64,000 nt of DNA from a bacterium. GTDB lineage: Bacteria > Fidelibacterota > Marinisomatia > Marinisomatales > UBA1611. A model generated the notes under the pieces. That model saw nothing but the letters and a program-made list of their open reading frames with translations. It was not told where the DNA came from and ran no database searches. The translations under genes and the position numbers were made by a program. Where the stretch lies: NCBI GenBank assembly GCA_038127595.1, contig JAYPIC010000001.1, positions 19,399-83,398 of the forward strand, given 5' to 3'. Each line of letters starts with the position of its first letter. The first letter of the stretch is position 1. Of the stretch, positions 28,205 through 39,002 are shown one piece after another.

Positions 28205-29305
28205 TTATACATTGAATTTGAAAAAGATGCAATCGCCATCTTTTACAATGTAGTCTTTACCCTCTGTTCTTGATAACCCCAAATTTGATAGTGCAGTTTC
28301 TGATCCATGTACTATTAGATCGTCATAACTGAAGACCTCGGCTTTGATAAATCCTCTTTCAAAATCACTATGGATTACGCCAGCTGATTGCTTAGCAGTA
28401 TAGCCTTTCCGTATTGTCCATGCTCTTACTTCTGATGGCCCACCTGTAAAATAAGTCTGAAGTCCTAATAGATTGAAGCTAGTTTTTACAATTTTATTCA
28501 ATCCTGATTCATTTAAATTATATTCTGCCAGAAAAAGTTTTTCTTCTTCCTTAGACAGTGTTGATATTTCTTGTTCTATAGAGGCACAAACTTTTACAAC
28601 GCTACTATTTTTTGAAGATGCATAATTAATTAATGCTTCTAGATTTTTATTGGTATTATCATTAGCAATGTCTTCTTCACTAATGTTCGCTACGTAAAGA
28701 ATTGGCTTATTTGTTAAAAGATGAAATGTCTTCAATACTTCAAGCTCTTCAGCGTTATACTCTAGGCTATTTGCCCAAAATCCCTCACCGCAGTGATTAA
28801 CTAATTTTTCAAGAAGCTCTGCTTCAAATTTTAATTTTTTATCTCCATTCTTTGCTAAACGTTTTGTCTTATCAAATTTTCTTTCGAGCGAATCTAAATC
28901 TGAAAGTAATAATTCTGTTTCAATTATCTCAGCATCTCTTACAGGATCAACAGATCCATTAACATGTACAATACCTGAATCATCAAAACATCTTACAACG
29001 TGAATGATCGCAGATGTTTCTCTTATCTGGCCTAAGAATTTGTTTCCTAATCCTTCACCTTTATTTGCTCCTTGAACTAATCCTGCAATATCTATGAACT
29101 CAACTGTTGCTGGAATTACTTTCTCAGGATTATATATGTCTTTAAGTTTTTCTAATCTTTCATCTGGAAGATTTACGATGCCCACATGAGGGTCTATTGT
29201 ACAAAAAGGGAAGTTTTCAGCTGGAGCATTTGATTTTGTTAGCGCATTAAACAGGGTTGACTTGCCAACATTTGGAAGTCCTACTATACCACATTTTAAT
29301 GACAT
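28205..29305 (-). CDS. ychF: Redox-regulated ATPase YchF (Obg-family)
   Basis: G1 GIVGLPNVGKSTLFNALT, FCTIDP, DIAGLV, and a C-terminal TGS-like region (RAWTIRKGYTAKQSAGVIHSDFERGFI). Confidence 0.95.
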   Translation of the reverse strand: MSLKCGIVGLPNVGKSTLFNALTKSNAPAENFPFCTIDPHVGIVNLPDERLEKLKDIYNPEKVIPATVEFIDIAGLVQGANKGEGLGNKFLGQIRETSAIIHVVRCFDDSGIVHVNGSVDPVRDAEIIETELLLSDLDSLERKFDKTKRLAKNGDKKLKFEAELLEKLVNHCGEGFWANSLEYNAEELEVLKTFHLLTNKPILYVANISEEDIANDNTNKNLEALINYASSKNSSVVKVCASIEQEISTLSKEEEKLFLAEYNLNESGLNKIVKTSFNLLGLQTYFTGGPSEVRAWTIRKGYTAKQSAGVIHSDFERGFIKAEVFSYDDLIVHGSETALSNLGLSRTEGKDYIVKDGDCIFFKFNV

Positions 29306-29851
29306 TTAAAAAGAATCTAGCGATGGATCTTTGCCAAAGTCATAAACTAAATTATCAAAGATTCCAACTTGAAGATTTTTTGCTGTGTAGATTTTTTTAT
29401 CATCAGCTTGCATTTCAGCATCAGCCCATATCATCGATTTAGATCTAGTAATTAATTTTTTAATGCTAACATTATAAATTATTTTTTTATGGTACGGCCT
29501 TACTTGGCCACGGAATTTTACATCCCCAACGCCTAATGCTCTTCCTTTACCAATTGCTCCACTCCAAGTGAGGAAGAATCCTACTAATTGCCACATTCCA
29601 TCAAGGCCTAAACAGCCAGGCATTACCGGGTCCCCTTTGAAGTGACAATGAAAAAACCATAATTCCTCTGTGATATCCATTTCAGCTAGGATTGAGCCTT
29701 TATCATATGCTCCACCTTCATTACTTATATTTAAAATTCTGTCAATCATCAACATGGGTTCGAGAGGAAGTTTGGCATTATCTTGACCAAACATATCTCC
29801 ATTTGCCATGGATAATAGTTCTTGTTTATTAAATGAATTTTTCTGACTCAT
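29306..29851 (-). CDS. fabA: 3-hydroxydecanoyl-[ACP] dehydratase / trans-2-decenoyl-[ACP] isomerase
   Basis: Close match over the length to the FabA pattern, including LWFFHCHFKGDPVMPGCLGLDGMWQLVGFFL (active-site His and following region). Confidence 0.9.
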   Translation of the reverse strand: MSQKNSFNKQELLSMANGDMFGQDNAKLPLEPMLMIDRILNISNEGGAYDKGSILAEMDITEELWFFHCHFKGDPVMPGCLGLDGMWQLVGFFLTWSGAIGKGRALGVGDVKFRGQVRPYHKKIIYNVSIKKLITRSKSMIWADAEMQADDKKIYTAKNLQVGIFDNLVYDFGKDPSLDSF

Positions 29852-29979
29852 ATGGTTATTTTCCTTTTATTGCGACTTCATTTAGCTTAATAAATTATTA
29901 CTTATTTGTGAATTAAGCATTTGAATCTATTTAGTAATTGAAATTTTGGTAATTTATATGATAAAAATTTGGAGGAAAT

Positions 29980-30762
29980 ATGTCTAAATGGGCTTTGATA
30001 TTAGGCGCATCAACAGGTCATGGTGGAGCAACAGCAATTAGCTTAGCTGAAAAAGGTTACGGAATACTTGGTTTTCATTTTGATCGCGGTGAGACAAAAA
30101 AAGAAGCAGAAAAAACAATTTCCAAGGTAAGTGAATTAAATGGGGGTATGTGCCACTATTGGAATACAAATGCTGCATCTGAAGAAACTATGGAAAAATA
30201 TATTCCAGAAATAAAAGAGGTAGTTGGAGATGGTCACTTAAAATTATTATTGCATTCTATTGCTTTTGGTACGACAACAAATTTTTTTGGAGACAAACCG
30301 GTTACTCAACGTCAAATGGATATGACAGTACATGTTATGGGTAACTCGTTACTTTACTGGACGCAAAAACTATTTAACCAAAAACTACTTTCTAATGGTT
30401 CTAGAATTATAGGACTAACCAGCGAAGGGAATTATCTTGCGATGGAAGGGTATGGTCCTGTAAGTGTTGCTAAAGTTGCGATGGAAGCAATAATTAGGCA
30501 GATTGGATGGGAGTTAGGTGAATTTGGAATCACAGCTAACTCTATTCAGGCAGGTATAACACCTACTCGTGCATTAACAAAAATAACAGATAGATGGGAG
30601 ACATGGGTTGAAAATACAAAGAAAAGAAACCCTATGCGTCGCACAACTACACCTAATGATGTAGCTAATGCTGTTAAGTTATTGATGGAACCAGAAGCTG
30701 ATTTTATAAATTGCTCAATTATATACTGTGATGGAGGTGAGCACAGGTCGGGCTCGTTTTAA
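29980..30762 (+). CDS. SDR-family enoyl-[ACP] reductase-like protein (FabL-like)
   Basis: Rossmann N-terminus ALILGASTGHGGATA. Y-x6-K catalytic spacing (YGPVSVAK) in the context SEGNYLAMEGYGPVSVAKVAMEA resembles FabI/FabL rather than classical Y-x3-K SDRs. Divergent from fabA. Confidence 0.55.
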   Translation: MSKWALILGASTGHGGATAISLAEKGYGILGFHFDRGETKKEAEKTISKVSELNGGMCHYWNTNAASEETMEKYIPEIKEVVGDGHLKLLLHSIAFGTTTNFFGDKPVTQRQMDMTVHVMGNSLLYWTQKLFNQKLLSNGSRIIGLTSEGNYLAMEGYGPVSVAKVAMEAIIRQIGWELGEFGITANSIQAGITPTRALTKITDRWETWVENTKKRNPMRRTTTPNDVANAVKLLMEPEADFINCSIIYCDGGEHRSGSF

Positions 30763-30771
30763 ATGAAAATT

Positions 30772-31158
30772 TTAAGAAGAACTCTTCTTATTTTGAAGTT
30801 CTATTTTTTCTTTTATTAACTCTACTAGCTCATGAGTATCTGGAGAAGGAGATAAATCAAAACTATTTTCTGCTTCTCTAAGTGCGTATTCCCACCATCC
30901 TTTTTTAGTATAAGATAGTGCTAATTTAAAGTGAGCTGTCCCTAAAATCTTAAATTGTTCTCTGTCTAATTTGCTATGATCTGGAGGCAGTAATCTACTT
31001 ACTTCACGATATTCTGTAATGGCATCATCAATAAGTCCTTTTTGAAGGTACCAGTTACCAAGCTCAAGGTGTTGTTCTGGATCTTTTTCGCAAGCATATA
31101 TTGAAAATAATGCTAGTGCTATTAAACCTTGTTTAAAATATTGTTTATATAAATTCAT
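30772..31158 (-). CDS. Small TPR-like lipoprotein
   Basis: Start re-set to MNLYKQYF...; lipobox-like LFSIYA/C; TPR-like helices (LGNWYLQKGLIDDAITEYREV, HFKLALSYTKKGWWEYALREAENS). Confidence 0.5.
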   Translation of the reverse strand: MNLYKQYFKQGLIALALFSIYACEKDPEQHLELGNWYLQKGLIDDAITEYREVSRLLPPDHSKLDREQFKILGTAHFKLALSYTKKGWWEYALREAENSFDLSPSPDTHELVELIKEKIELQNKKSSS

Positions 31159-31214
31159 AATTATAAGCACTTAATATTGAAGTTCATGCATTCTAAAATC
31201 AAGAAGAAAATCAA

Positions 31215-32462
31215 TTAAATGTGTAATTTATTATAACCGGGGTCTTTAACAAAAAATAATAGCAATACTATAGAAATAAATAAACAGGCGCCTATTATAT
31301 AGAATGAAAGAAGGAATAGTCCTTTATTTACTAAAAATCCAATTCCAAACAAAAATAAAATAGCAAATGGTGCTAAAAATGAATCTATAAGAGCCATATA
31401 TGTTTTTTTATCTTTATCCTTAGCAAAATCGTAAATTAAATTCATAGCAGATGGCATAAATGCACCTTGACCAGCACCGATGAAAATAAATATACAATAT
31501 ACGATAAACATGTTTTTTGAGAAAAGTGCTGAAATAACTGCTAAAAAATGAAATAAATAAGCTAAAAGCATACTTGTTTTATGACCATATTTATCTCCTA
31601 AGTACCCTGACGCATAGCTAAAGACTCCCATAGAAATGACATTTAGTATTGTAAATAATCCCACCTCGCTGATATTAAAGTTGAATTTATTTTGGCAATA
31701 TACTGCGTAGAGACCCATTGCAGGAAGAGTTGCGCAGTAAAATATTCTAGAAAAAAGATATCTGTGAAAATTTGTTCTTTTCAATATGACCTCTTTTATA
31801 TCTTTTTTAAATGCTGTTAGGGACTTTTTTTTGATCTCATTTTCTTTTTCTTTGTAAAAATAAAAAACAAAGGTGCCTATTGCTAAACTGAAAAATAAAA
31901 TGATGAAACCAATACCAAAATTTCTAGGGAATTGAATATTTTTTTCTAATATGTTTTTTAAAGCAATTCCGCCTGTAAGAGCACCGATACTATTGAAAGC
32001 AAATCCAACACCAAAAAACTTTCCCCTTAAAGATTTATTTGTAGTTTTTTCTAAAAAATCAGCCCAAATAGGAACGATTATGCCAATCGCTAGAGCATAA
32101 GCGATAAAAAGTGTAAAGTAAATTTTCCAAGCATTTGGGTTTTTAATTATATCAGAAAATGTAAAAACATATCCCATTATAAAAGCTACAAATAAAATTA
32201 TGCAGTGAACGCTGATGACGAGTTTCTTTGTATTAGTAATGTTTCTAGTCAAAGCTGCTATAATTAACATTGGCAGTGCAATTATGATAGAAAATATTCC
32301 CGCTGAAGATGTCGCAATTACTTCTGGGGCTCCTAGCTCTTTCAAAAAAAGAGGAACGACAGCATAAACAGTATGAAATGAGCTTCCAAATCCCCAAAAA
32401 AATTCATGAATGTTATTAAATTTTTGATTTTGATAATGATGGGTGATTTTAAGATCATTCAT
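31215..32462 (-). CDS. MFS transporter
   Basis: About 12 predicted TM helices and a central hydrophilic loop (YKEKENEIKKKSLTAFKKD). Start re-set to ATG 32462 (MNDLKITHH); it overlaps the upstream stop as ATGAATGA. Confidence 0.75.
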   Translation of the reverse strand: MNDLKITHHYQNQKFNNIHEFFWGFGSSFHTVYAVVPLFLKELGAPEVIATSSAGIFSIIIALPMLIIAALTRNITNTKKLVISVHCIILFVAFIMGYVFTFSDIIKNPNAWKIYFTLFIAYALAIGIIVPIWADFLEKTTNKSLRGKFFGVGFAFNSIGALTGGIALKNILEKNIQFPRNFGIGFIILFFSLAIGTFVFYFYKEKENEIKKKSLTAFKKDIKEVILKRTNFHRYLFSRIFYCATLPAMGLYAVYCQNKFNFNISEVGLFTILNVISMGVFSYASGYLGDKYGHKTSMLLAYLFHFLAVISALFSKNMFIVYCIFIFIGAGQGAFMPSAMNLIYDFAKDKDKKTYMALIDSFLAPFAILFLFGIGFLVNKGLFLLSFYIIGACLFISIVLLLFFVKDPGYNKLHI

Positions 32463-33351
32463 TTGAATTCTCTTGAGCAAGTAGAGTAGTTGATAGCAGT
32501 AGAAAGGTAGCTCCAAGCAGTTGCATGAATGCAAGTGATTCACCATTTCTTATCCAATCAATGATCACAGCAGACAAAGGCCAAAACAGTTCAAACAGAG
32601 TAGTATGGGACGCAGGGAGTTTATTTAAGCCGTAGTAGTATATAAAAAGAGCGAATGTTCCGCTAGAAAGAACAATGATGATTATCATACTCCATTGATT
32701 TAATGATATATCAACATTTAAAATTTCAAAATTAAAAATAATTATTATTATTAGACTGATTAGTGTTGTAACGGCTAATCGCAATCCTGTGACTGCACTG
32801 TAGTGTAAGCTTACTAAAGCTTTTTTAGCTATAGCAGTAGAACTACCCCAACAAAAAGCGGCCAATAATGCAAGTAGTGCAGCTATTAAAGTATTATCAT
32901 CCCAATTAGGTACTGAATTTTTACCAAATGTAACTAAATAACCACCAATGATTGCTAAAAAAGCTAATAGTATATACTTTTTGGATAATTTTTCCTTAAG
33001 GATAATGGCTGCTAACGACATAGCAAAAACAGGTTGTAGTTTTTGAAGCAAGACTACAATAGATAGATCAATATATCCAACGTAGCTCAATGCTTTTGTA
33101 TAAAAATATGTACCACCCATCCCTCCTAAAATAGATATCCATAATATTGATATCCATCCAGACTGCAGAAGTCCTTTTATATCATTCCAATATTTTTTTA
33201 GAAAAGGAATGAAAATTAAGGTGCCTACACCGTGCTCAATGGTTATTATTAGTAGCGCTGGGAGTGCGTAGAGTGATTGCCTTAGTAAGGCATCAACGCT
33301 CCAAAGTAAGGCTGCAAATATTACCGCAAGATGTGGGGCGTATTTATACAT
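32455..33351 (-). CDS. EamA/DMT-family transporter
   Basis: Ten hydrophobic helices arranged as two EamA-like halves; 298 aa. Confidence 0.8.
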   Translation of the reverse strand: MYKYAPHLAVIFAALLWSVDALLRQSLYALPALLIITIEHGVGTLIFIPFLKKYWNDIKGLLQSGWISILWISILGGMGGTYFYTKALSYVGYIDLSIVVLLQKLQPVFAMSLAAIILKEKLSKKYILLAFLAIIGGYLVTFGKNSVPNWDDNTLIAALLALLAAFCWGSSTAIAKKALVSLHYSAVTGLRLAVTTLISLIIIIIFNFEILNVDISLNQWSMIIIIVLSSGTFALFIYYYGLNKLPASHTTLFELFWPLSAVIIDWIRNGESLAFMQLLGATFLLLSTTLLAQENSNE

Positions 33352-33360
33352 ATTGTTGCG

Positions 33361-33909
33361 TTAGCTATAGCCCGAAGTATTACTAATATCACCAATTTCG
33401 ATACCTAGAGAGTTAGTTGCAATGATCCAAATGTTATCAGTTTTTTGCTCAAAAATTATAGAGGTGCTTGATTTTTGAATTAGCCAATCTCCATTTTCTA
33501 TTTCCCTTTCAAGCTGGCCACTATCCCAACCTGCATGTCCTAAGAATAGTTTGCTCTTAACACCTTTTGATTTTTGAATTGAGGATAATAGCTCAATATT
33601 CCCTGAAATTGATACTTCATCACTGACAGGCACTGATTTGCTTGATTCATTATTTGTATGCAAAAAAAGAACCCTATCTGTTAGCACTGGGCCACCTATG
33701 TGAAGATAATTTTCTTCAAGATATTTATTTAAATCAATATCTGAGCTTGAATCTTTTAAAGTAAGGTTATTTTTTTTTATCGCCTTATTAATTATAAGAC
33801 CCATTGCGCCTGTTTTATCATGTTCGCACAAATAGACTACAGACTTTTCAAAAAAAGGATCTTTTAAGTGTGGTACAGATATTAAAAAATGGTTTTTTAA
33901 AGAGTTCAT
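33361..33909 (-). CDS. YqgE/AlgH family protein (UPF0301)
   Basis: LISVPHLKDPFFEKSVVYLCEHDKTGAMGLIINK, GGPV, and GHAGWDSGQLEREIENGDW. Confidence 0.85.
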   Translation of the reverse strand: MNSLKNHFLISVPHLKDPFFEKSVVYLCEHDKTGAMGLIINKAIKKNNLTLKDSSSDIDLNKYLEENYLHIGGPVLTDRVLFLHTNNESSKSVPVSDEVSISGNIELLSSIQKSKGVKSKLFLGHAGWDSGQLEREIENGDWLIQKSSTSIIFEQKTDNIWIIATNSLGIEIGDISNTSGYS

Positions 33910-33978
33910 GAAGTTATTTTTTAAAAAAGATTATCTAAGAGTTTTGGCGCTGGGTTCTTATTAGACGTAATATAAAGG

Positions 33979-36831
33979 ATGTCTAAAATTAAAAAAACAT
34001 ACGGTAATACAAAATCTCTTACCGAAATAGTTGTTAAAGGCGCCAGGCAACACAATTTAAAAAATATAAACGTTACCATTCCTAGAGATAAGTTAGTAGT
34101 TATAACTGGATTATCAGGCTCTGGTAAGTCCTCTTTAGCGTTCGATACAATTTATGCAGAAGGTCAGCGTAGATATGTTGAATCCCTATCGACATATGCA
34201 AGACAATTTCTTGGATTGATGGAAAAGCCAGATATGGATACCATTGAAGGATTGTCACCTGCTATAAGTATTGAACAGAAAGCAAGTGCCCGAAATCCAC
34301 GAAGCACAGTCGGGACTGTAACTGAAATTCATGATTACTTAAGACTGCTATTTGCACATGTTGGGCAGCCAACATGCTGGAAATGTGGTGACCCAATAAA
34401 AAAGCAATCTGTTCAACAGGTTGTTGATTCTATTTTCAAAATTAAAAAGAAAACTAAGATTTTTATTTTGGCTCCAGTTATTAGAGGTAAAAAAGGGCAA
34501 CATAAAAGTGTCATTAATCAGATTCAAAAACAAGGCTTCCTGCGTATTAGAATTGATGGTGAAGTCTATAAGGTTGATGATAAAATCGAATTGGATAAAA
34601 ATAAAAAACACACTATCGAAATTCTTGTTGATAGGTTAATTGTTGAACCTTCCATGAAAGAAAGGATTAGTGAATCCGTAGAATTGTCCATGAAATTAGG
34701 GGATGGATTGATAATTGTCCATGAGCTAAATGGGGAGGATCATATTTTTAGTGAAAATTTTGCCTGTCCTAAATGTAATGTTAGTCTTGAAGAATTAACT
34801 CCAAGAATGTTTTCATTTAATTCTCCTTTTGGTGCTTGTAAAAAGTGTGAGGGGATAGGAACTAAAATGGAAGTGAATCCTGACCTAGTTGTTCCTGATA
34901 AAAACAAATCTTTAGTGCAAGGAGCAATTTCTTCTTTAGGGGAGCAACCTAGGGGTAATTGGTATGGCAGTATTTTAAAAAGTTTAGCTAAGCATCTAAA
35001 TTTTAATTTTTCCACACCATGGATAAAATTAGATAAAGATATTCGTTATGAACTTCTTTATGGTTCTGGTAAGACTGAATATCAAATGCAATATAGTTCC
35101 GACAGGTGGTCTGGGACCTATAGTGGAGGGTGGGAAGGCGCAATACCGAATTTGATGAGAAGATATAAACAGACAAAGTCTAACGGTGTGAGAGAGTGGA
35201 TAGAGCAATTTATGAGCATGAGAGACTGTATGGCATGTAATGGGACTAGATTAAAAAAAGAAAGCTTAGCTGTGCTTCTGGATGGTAAAAATTTAGGCGA
35301 CATTTCAGCGATGTCTGTAAAAAACTTACAAGAATTTTTCGAAAAGATTCAACTTTCAGAAAAAGATAAGCAAATAGCAAATCAAATTCTAAAAGAAATT
35401 AATCAACGTTTATCATTTCTTAACAATGTAGGACTTGGGTACCTTACTTTAAGTAGGTCTGCTGCAACTTTATCTGGAGGGGAATCGCAAAGGATTCGAC
35501 TTGCTACTCAAATTGGTTCGCAACTGATGGGGGTTTTGTATATCCTTGATGAGCCTTCTATCGGATTACATTCAAGAGATAATGCGAGGCTCCTTTCAAC
35601 ATTAAAAACATTGCGTGATATAGGTAACTCTATACTTGTCGTGGAACATGACCAAGATACAATGGAATCGTCAGACTTTATCATTGATATTGGGCCAAAG
35701 GCTGGTAAACTTGGAGGCGAGGTCGTTTTTGCAGGCAAACCAAAAGATATATACAATTCAGAAAAATCTCTCACTGGGGAATACCTATCTGGTAAAAAAA
35801 GAATAGAAATACCTGAGAATAGAAGAAAGGGAGTATCCTCATCAATTAGATTATTTGGAGCAAAAGGTAACAATTTAAAAAATGTAGATGTTCAGTTTCC
35901 TCTAGGAAAGTTAATATCAATCTCAGGCGTTTCAGGTAGTGGAAAAAGTACCTTAATTAATGAAACGTTGTATCCTATAATCGCTCAACATATTAACGGT
36001 TCGAGAGTATATCCTTTAGAATATTCTTCAATTGAAGGATTGAAATTCATTGATAAAATCATTCAAATAGACCAAAAACCTATTGGGAGGACGCCTAGAT
36101 CAAACCCGGCAACTTATACAGGACTCTTCACTTTTGTTCGAGATTTGTTTGCCAAATTACCTGATTCAAAAGTTAAAGGATATAAACCTGGTCGTTTTTC
36201 ATTCAATGTTAAAGGAGGCAGGTGTGAATCTTGTGAAGGGGACGGAATAATTAAAATTGAAATGAATTTTTTACCTGATGTTTATGTTACCTGCGAAATT
36301 TGCAATGGGGCGAGATATAATAGAGAGACATTAGAAATAAAATATAAAGGGAAGTCAATATCTGACATTCTAAGCATGGACGTTGACGATGCTCTCACAT
36401 TTTTTGAGAACATACCTGCAATTACTAAGAAGCTTAAAACATTAAAAGATGTAGGTTTAGGCTATATTCATCTGGGGCAACAGGCAACAACCTTATCAGG
36501 CGGGGAGGCCCAAAGAGTAAAATTATCTACTGAACTTTCAAAGATTAATACAAGGAAAACCTTATATATTTTAGATGAGCCAACAACGGGATTACATTTT
36601 GAAGATATAAGAATATTGCTCAAAGTATTACAGAAACTTGTTGATAGAGGAAATACTGTTATAATAATCGAACATAATATGGACGTAATCAAATCATCAG
36701 ACTGGGTAATAGACTTAGGCCCTGAAGGAGGTGATGAAGGAGGGCAAATAATATCTTGTGGTACTCCTGAGAGTTTAGCTGAAAATAAGAAATCGTATAC
36801 AGGTCAGTTTTTAAAAAATATTTTAAAATAA
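33979..36831 (+). CDS. uvrA: Excinuclease ABC subunit A
   Basis: Two ABC ATPase modules (GLSGSGKSSLAFDT, GVSGSGKSTLINET; LSGGESQR/LSGGEAQR) and zinc modules (CPKCNV...CKKCEG; CESCEGDG...CEICNG). Confidence 0.97.
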   Translation: MSKIKKTYGNTKSLTEIVVKGARQHNLKNINVTIPRDKLVVITGLSGSGKSSLAFDTIYAEGQRRYVESLSTYARQFLGLMEKPDMDTIEGLSPAISIEQKASARNPRSTVGTVTEIHDYLRLLFAHVGQPTCWKCGDPIKKQSVQQVVDSIFKIKKKTKIFILAPVIRGKKGQHKSVINQIQKQGFLRIRIDGEVYKVDDKIELDKNKKHTIEILVDRLIVEPSMKERISESVELSMKLGDGLIIVHELNGEDHIFSENFACPKCNVSLEELTPRMFSFNSPFGACKKCEGIGTKMEVNPDLVVPDKNKSLVQGAISSLGEQPRGNWYGSILKSLAKHLNFNFSTPWIKLDKDIRYELLYGSGKTEYQMQYSSDRWSGTYSGGWEGAIPNLMRRYKQTKSNGVREWIEQFMSMRDCMACNGTRLKKESLAVLLDGKNLGDISAMSVKNLQEFFEKIQLSEKDKQIANQILKEINQRLSFLNNVGLGYLTLSRSAATLSGGESQRIRLATQIGSQLMGVLYILDEPSIGLHSRDNARLLSTLKTLRDIGNSILVVEHDQDTMESSDFIIDIGPKAGKLGGEVVFAGKPKDIYNSEKSLTGEYLSGKKRIEIPENRRKGVSSSIRLFGAKGNNLKNVDVQFPLGKLISISGVSGSGKSTLINETLYPIIAQHINGSRVYPLEYSSIEGLKFIDKIIQIDQKPIGRTPRSNPATYTGLFTFVRDLFAKLPDSKVKGYKPGRFSFNVKGGRCESCEGDGIIKIEMNFLPDVYVTCEICNGARYNRETLEIKYKGKSISDILSMDVDDALTFFENIPAITKKLKTLKDVGLGYIHLGQQATTLSGGEAQRVKLSTELSKINTRKTLYILDEPTTGLHFEDIRILLKVLQKLVDRGNTVIIIEHNMDVIKSSDWVIDLGPEGGDEGGQIISCGTPESLAENKKSYTGQFLKNILK

Positions 36832-36909
36832 ATAAAATTAGTGTTCTTGGTGTCGGACACATGAAGGCTTAATTTTAGAGTCGCTTTAACAGTATTTATT
36901 TTCTTTTAT

Positions 36910-37956
36910 ATGACAGATATATTTATCACTGACCCTAGCCCCTTTGAAGAAGATATAATTGCAGAAAAATCTCTTAGGCCATTAAAGTTTGATGAGTTCA
37001 TAGGGCAGAAAGAGCTTGTTGATAATCTTAAATTGTATATTGATGCAGCTAATGGTAGAGAAGAGGCACTAGATCATGTTTTATTATTTGGTCCTCCAGG
37101 TTTAGGTAAAACTACTTTGGCAAATATCATCTCTAGAGAGCTGAATGTAAATATTAAACAAGCTTCAGGGCCAGTAATTGATCGAGCCGGTGACTTAGCA
37201 GGAATGTTGACAAATATTCAGCACAGAGATGTATTTTTTATTGATGAGATTCATAGACTTAATAGCGTCGTTGAAGAATATTTATATTCTGCTATGGAAG
37301 ATTTTAAGATTGACATTATGATCGACAAAGGGCCTAGTGCTCGGAGTGTCCAGTTGGATTTAGATCCTTTCACCTTGGTTGGGGCAACTACTCGGCTAGG
37401 AAATTTAACTTCTCCATTGAGAGATAGATTCGGAATTATCTTAAGAGTAGATTATTATGGAGCTGAGGATTTATTTCACATAGTTTGTAGATCAGCTGAG
37501 ATATTAGAGGTTGACATAGACGACGAAGGTGCTATGGAACTTGCAAAAAGAAGTCGAGGGACACCTAGAGTAGCAAATCGTATTCTAAGAAGGGCAAGAG
37601 ATTATGCTCAAGTGAAAGCAGATGGGCGAATTAGTTATGATGTTGCAAACATGGCTTTGAATAAATTAGGCGTGGATAAATTTGGACTTGATATAATGGA
37701 TAGGAATATTTTAGAAATACTAATTGATAAGTTTTCCGGTGGTCCAGTGGGGATAAAATCTCTTGGAGTTGCGGTTGGGGAAGATCCAGCTACGATCGAA
37801 GATGTCTATGAACCATTCTTAATAAAACAAGGTTTTATGCAGCGTACTTCAAGGGGTAGAGTAGCTCAGGAGTCAGCATATAAATTACTTGATAAACCGA
37901 CAAACAATAATAACCAAAAGGATTTATTTAATGATAGAAAAAAAGAAAAAATTTAA
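36910..37956 (+). CDS. ruvB: Holliday junction branch migration DNA helicase RuvB
   Basis: Walker [12 protein letters not shown], Walker B FIDEIHRL, and [13 protein letters not shown]. Confidence 0.95.
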   Translation: MTDIFITDPSPFEEDIIAEKSLRPLKFDEFIGQKELVDNLKLYIDAANGREEALDHVLLFGPPGLGKTTLANIISRELNVNIKQASGPVIDRAGDLAGMLTNIQHRDVFFIDEIHRLNSVVEEYLYSAMEDFKIDIMIDKGPSARSVQLDLDPFTLVGATTRLGNLTSPLRDRFGIILRVDYYGAEDLFHIVCRSAEILEVDIDDEGAMELAKRSRGTPRVANRILRRARDYAQVKADGRISYDVANMALNKLGVDKFGLDIMDRNILEILIDKFSGGPVGIKSLGVAVGEDPATIEDVYEPFLIKQGFMQRTSRGRVAQESAYKLLDKPTNNNNQKDLFNDRKKEKI

Positions 37957-38986
37957 ACTCGGAGATTTTGATTACCCCTTACCAAAAAAACATATTGCTC
38001 AGTACCCTGGTAAGAAAAGAGACGAGTCAAAATTAATGGTTGTCAATAGAGAAGAAAAAACTATTGAGCATAAAAAATTTAGTAACATTGTTGATCACTT
38101 AAGGAAAAATGATTTATTGATATTAAATAATACGAAAGTTTTCCCAGCTAGGTTGTTTGCAACGAAGGATAGAACAGATGCAAAAGTAGAAGTTTTTTTA
38201 TTAAGGGAGCTTGCTCAAAATTTATGGGAAGTAATGGTCAGGCCTGCTAGAAAGGTCAGAATAGGTAATAAATTAGTATTTACGCCAAAGTTAATGTGTG
38301 ATGTCATTGATAATACGGTTTCAGGCGGAAGAGTAGTTCGATTTGAATCTGAAAGTCAGGAAGAATTACATAGTATAATTGACAAAATAGGGACCTCTCC
38401 TTTACCACCATATATAACCAGAGATCCTGAACCTAGTGATAAAAAAAGATACCAAACTGTATATGCTACTGAGCGCGGAGCTGTTGCTGCTCCAACAGCT
38501 GGACTTCATTTTACTGAGTCTTTAATTAAGAAAATTGAAAAAAAGGGTGTGAAAATAGAATATATAACCTTGCATATTGGGCTTGGTACATTTAGACCAG
38601 TTCAGGTGGAAGACTTAAATAGGCATCAAATGGATTCCGAATATTTTGAGGTTTCTCCAAAAACTGCGATGGCTATTAATGAAGCTAGAAAAAAGCACAG
38701 GAAAATCGTTGCTGTCGGAACATCAACAATTAGAGCTCTTGAGACTGTAGTTGTGTCTGGTTTTATGGTTTCTCCTAAAAGAGGATGGACAGATAAGTTT
38801 ATCTACCCACCATATGAATATAAAATGGTCGATTCCATGGTTACTAATTTTCACACGCCAAAATCAACATTAATGATGATGGTAAGTGCTTTTGCTGATA
38901 TTGATTTGTTAAAAAAGGCATACCGTGAAGCAAAAAAGAACGACTACAGATTTCTTAGTTATGGTGATGCTATGATAATTATTTAG
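37931..38986 (+). CDS. queA: tRNA preQ1(34) S-adenosylmethionine ribosyltransferase-isomerase
   Basis: [36 protein letters not shown] and [10 protein letters not shown]. Start re-set to ATG 37931, overlapping the ruvB 3' end. Confidence 0.93.
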   Translation: MIEKKKKFKLGDFDYPLPKKHIAQYPGKKRDESKLMVVNREEKTIEHKKFSNIVDHLRKNDLLILNNTKVFPARLFATKDRTDAKVEVFLLRELAQNLWEVMVRPARKVRIGNKLVFTPKLMCDVIDNTVSGGRVVRFESESQEELHSIIDKIGTSPLPPYITRDPEPSDKKRYQTVYATERGAVAAPTAGLHFTESLIKKIEKKGVKIEYITLHIGLGTFRPVQVEDLNRHQMDSEYFEVSPKTAMAINEARKKHRKIVAVGTSTIRALETVVVSGFMVSPKRGWTDKFIYPPYEYKMVDSMVTNFHTPKSTLMMMVSAFADIDLLKKAYREAKKNDYRFLSYGDAMIII

Positions 38987-39002
38987 GGATTAGTTTAAAA
39001 AT

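Noticed and set aside
28190-28209. AT-only hairpins at convergent gene ends, considered as bidirectional terminators: TATAAAAT-AAGT-ATTTTATA at 28190-28209, and TCTACT-TAAC-AGTAGA at 61602-61617.
   Set aside because: The stems are 6-8 bp with almost no G-C pairs, they overlap stop codons, and such palindromes are expected frequently in AT-rich DNA.
36850-36860. Palindrome GTGTC-G-GACAC between uvrA and ruvB considered as an SOS (LexA) box or terminator.
   Set aside because: It does not resemble the known LexA consensus types (CTGT-N8-ACAG, GAAC-N4-GTTC and others I know). As RNA the loop would be too small for a stable hairpin. It is a single occurrence.
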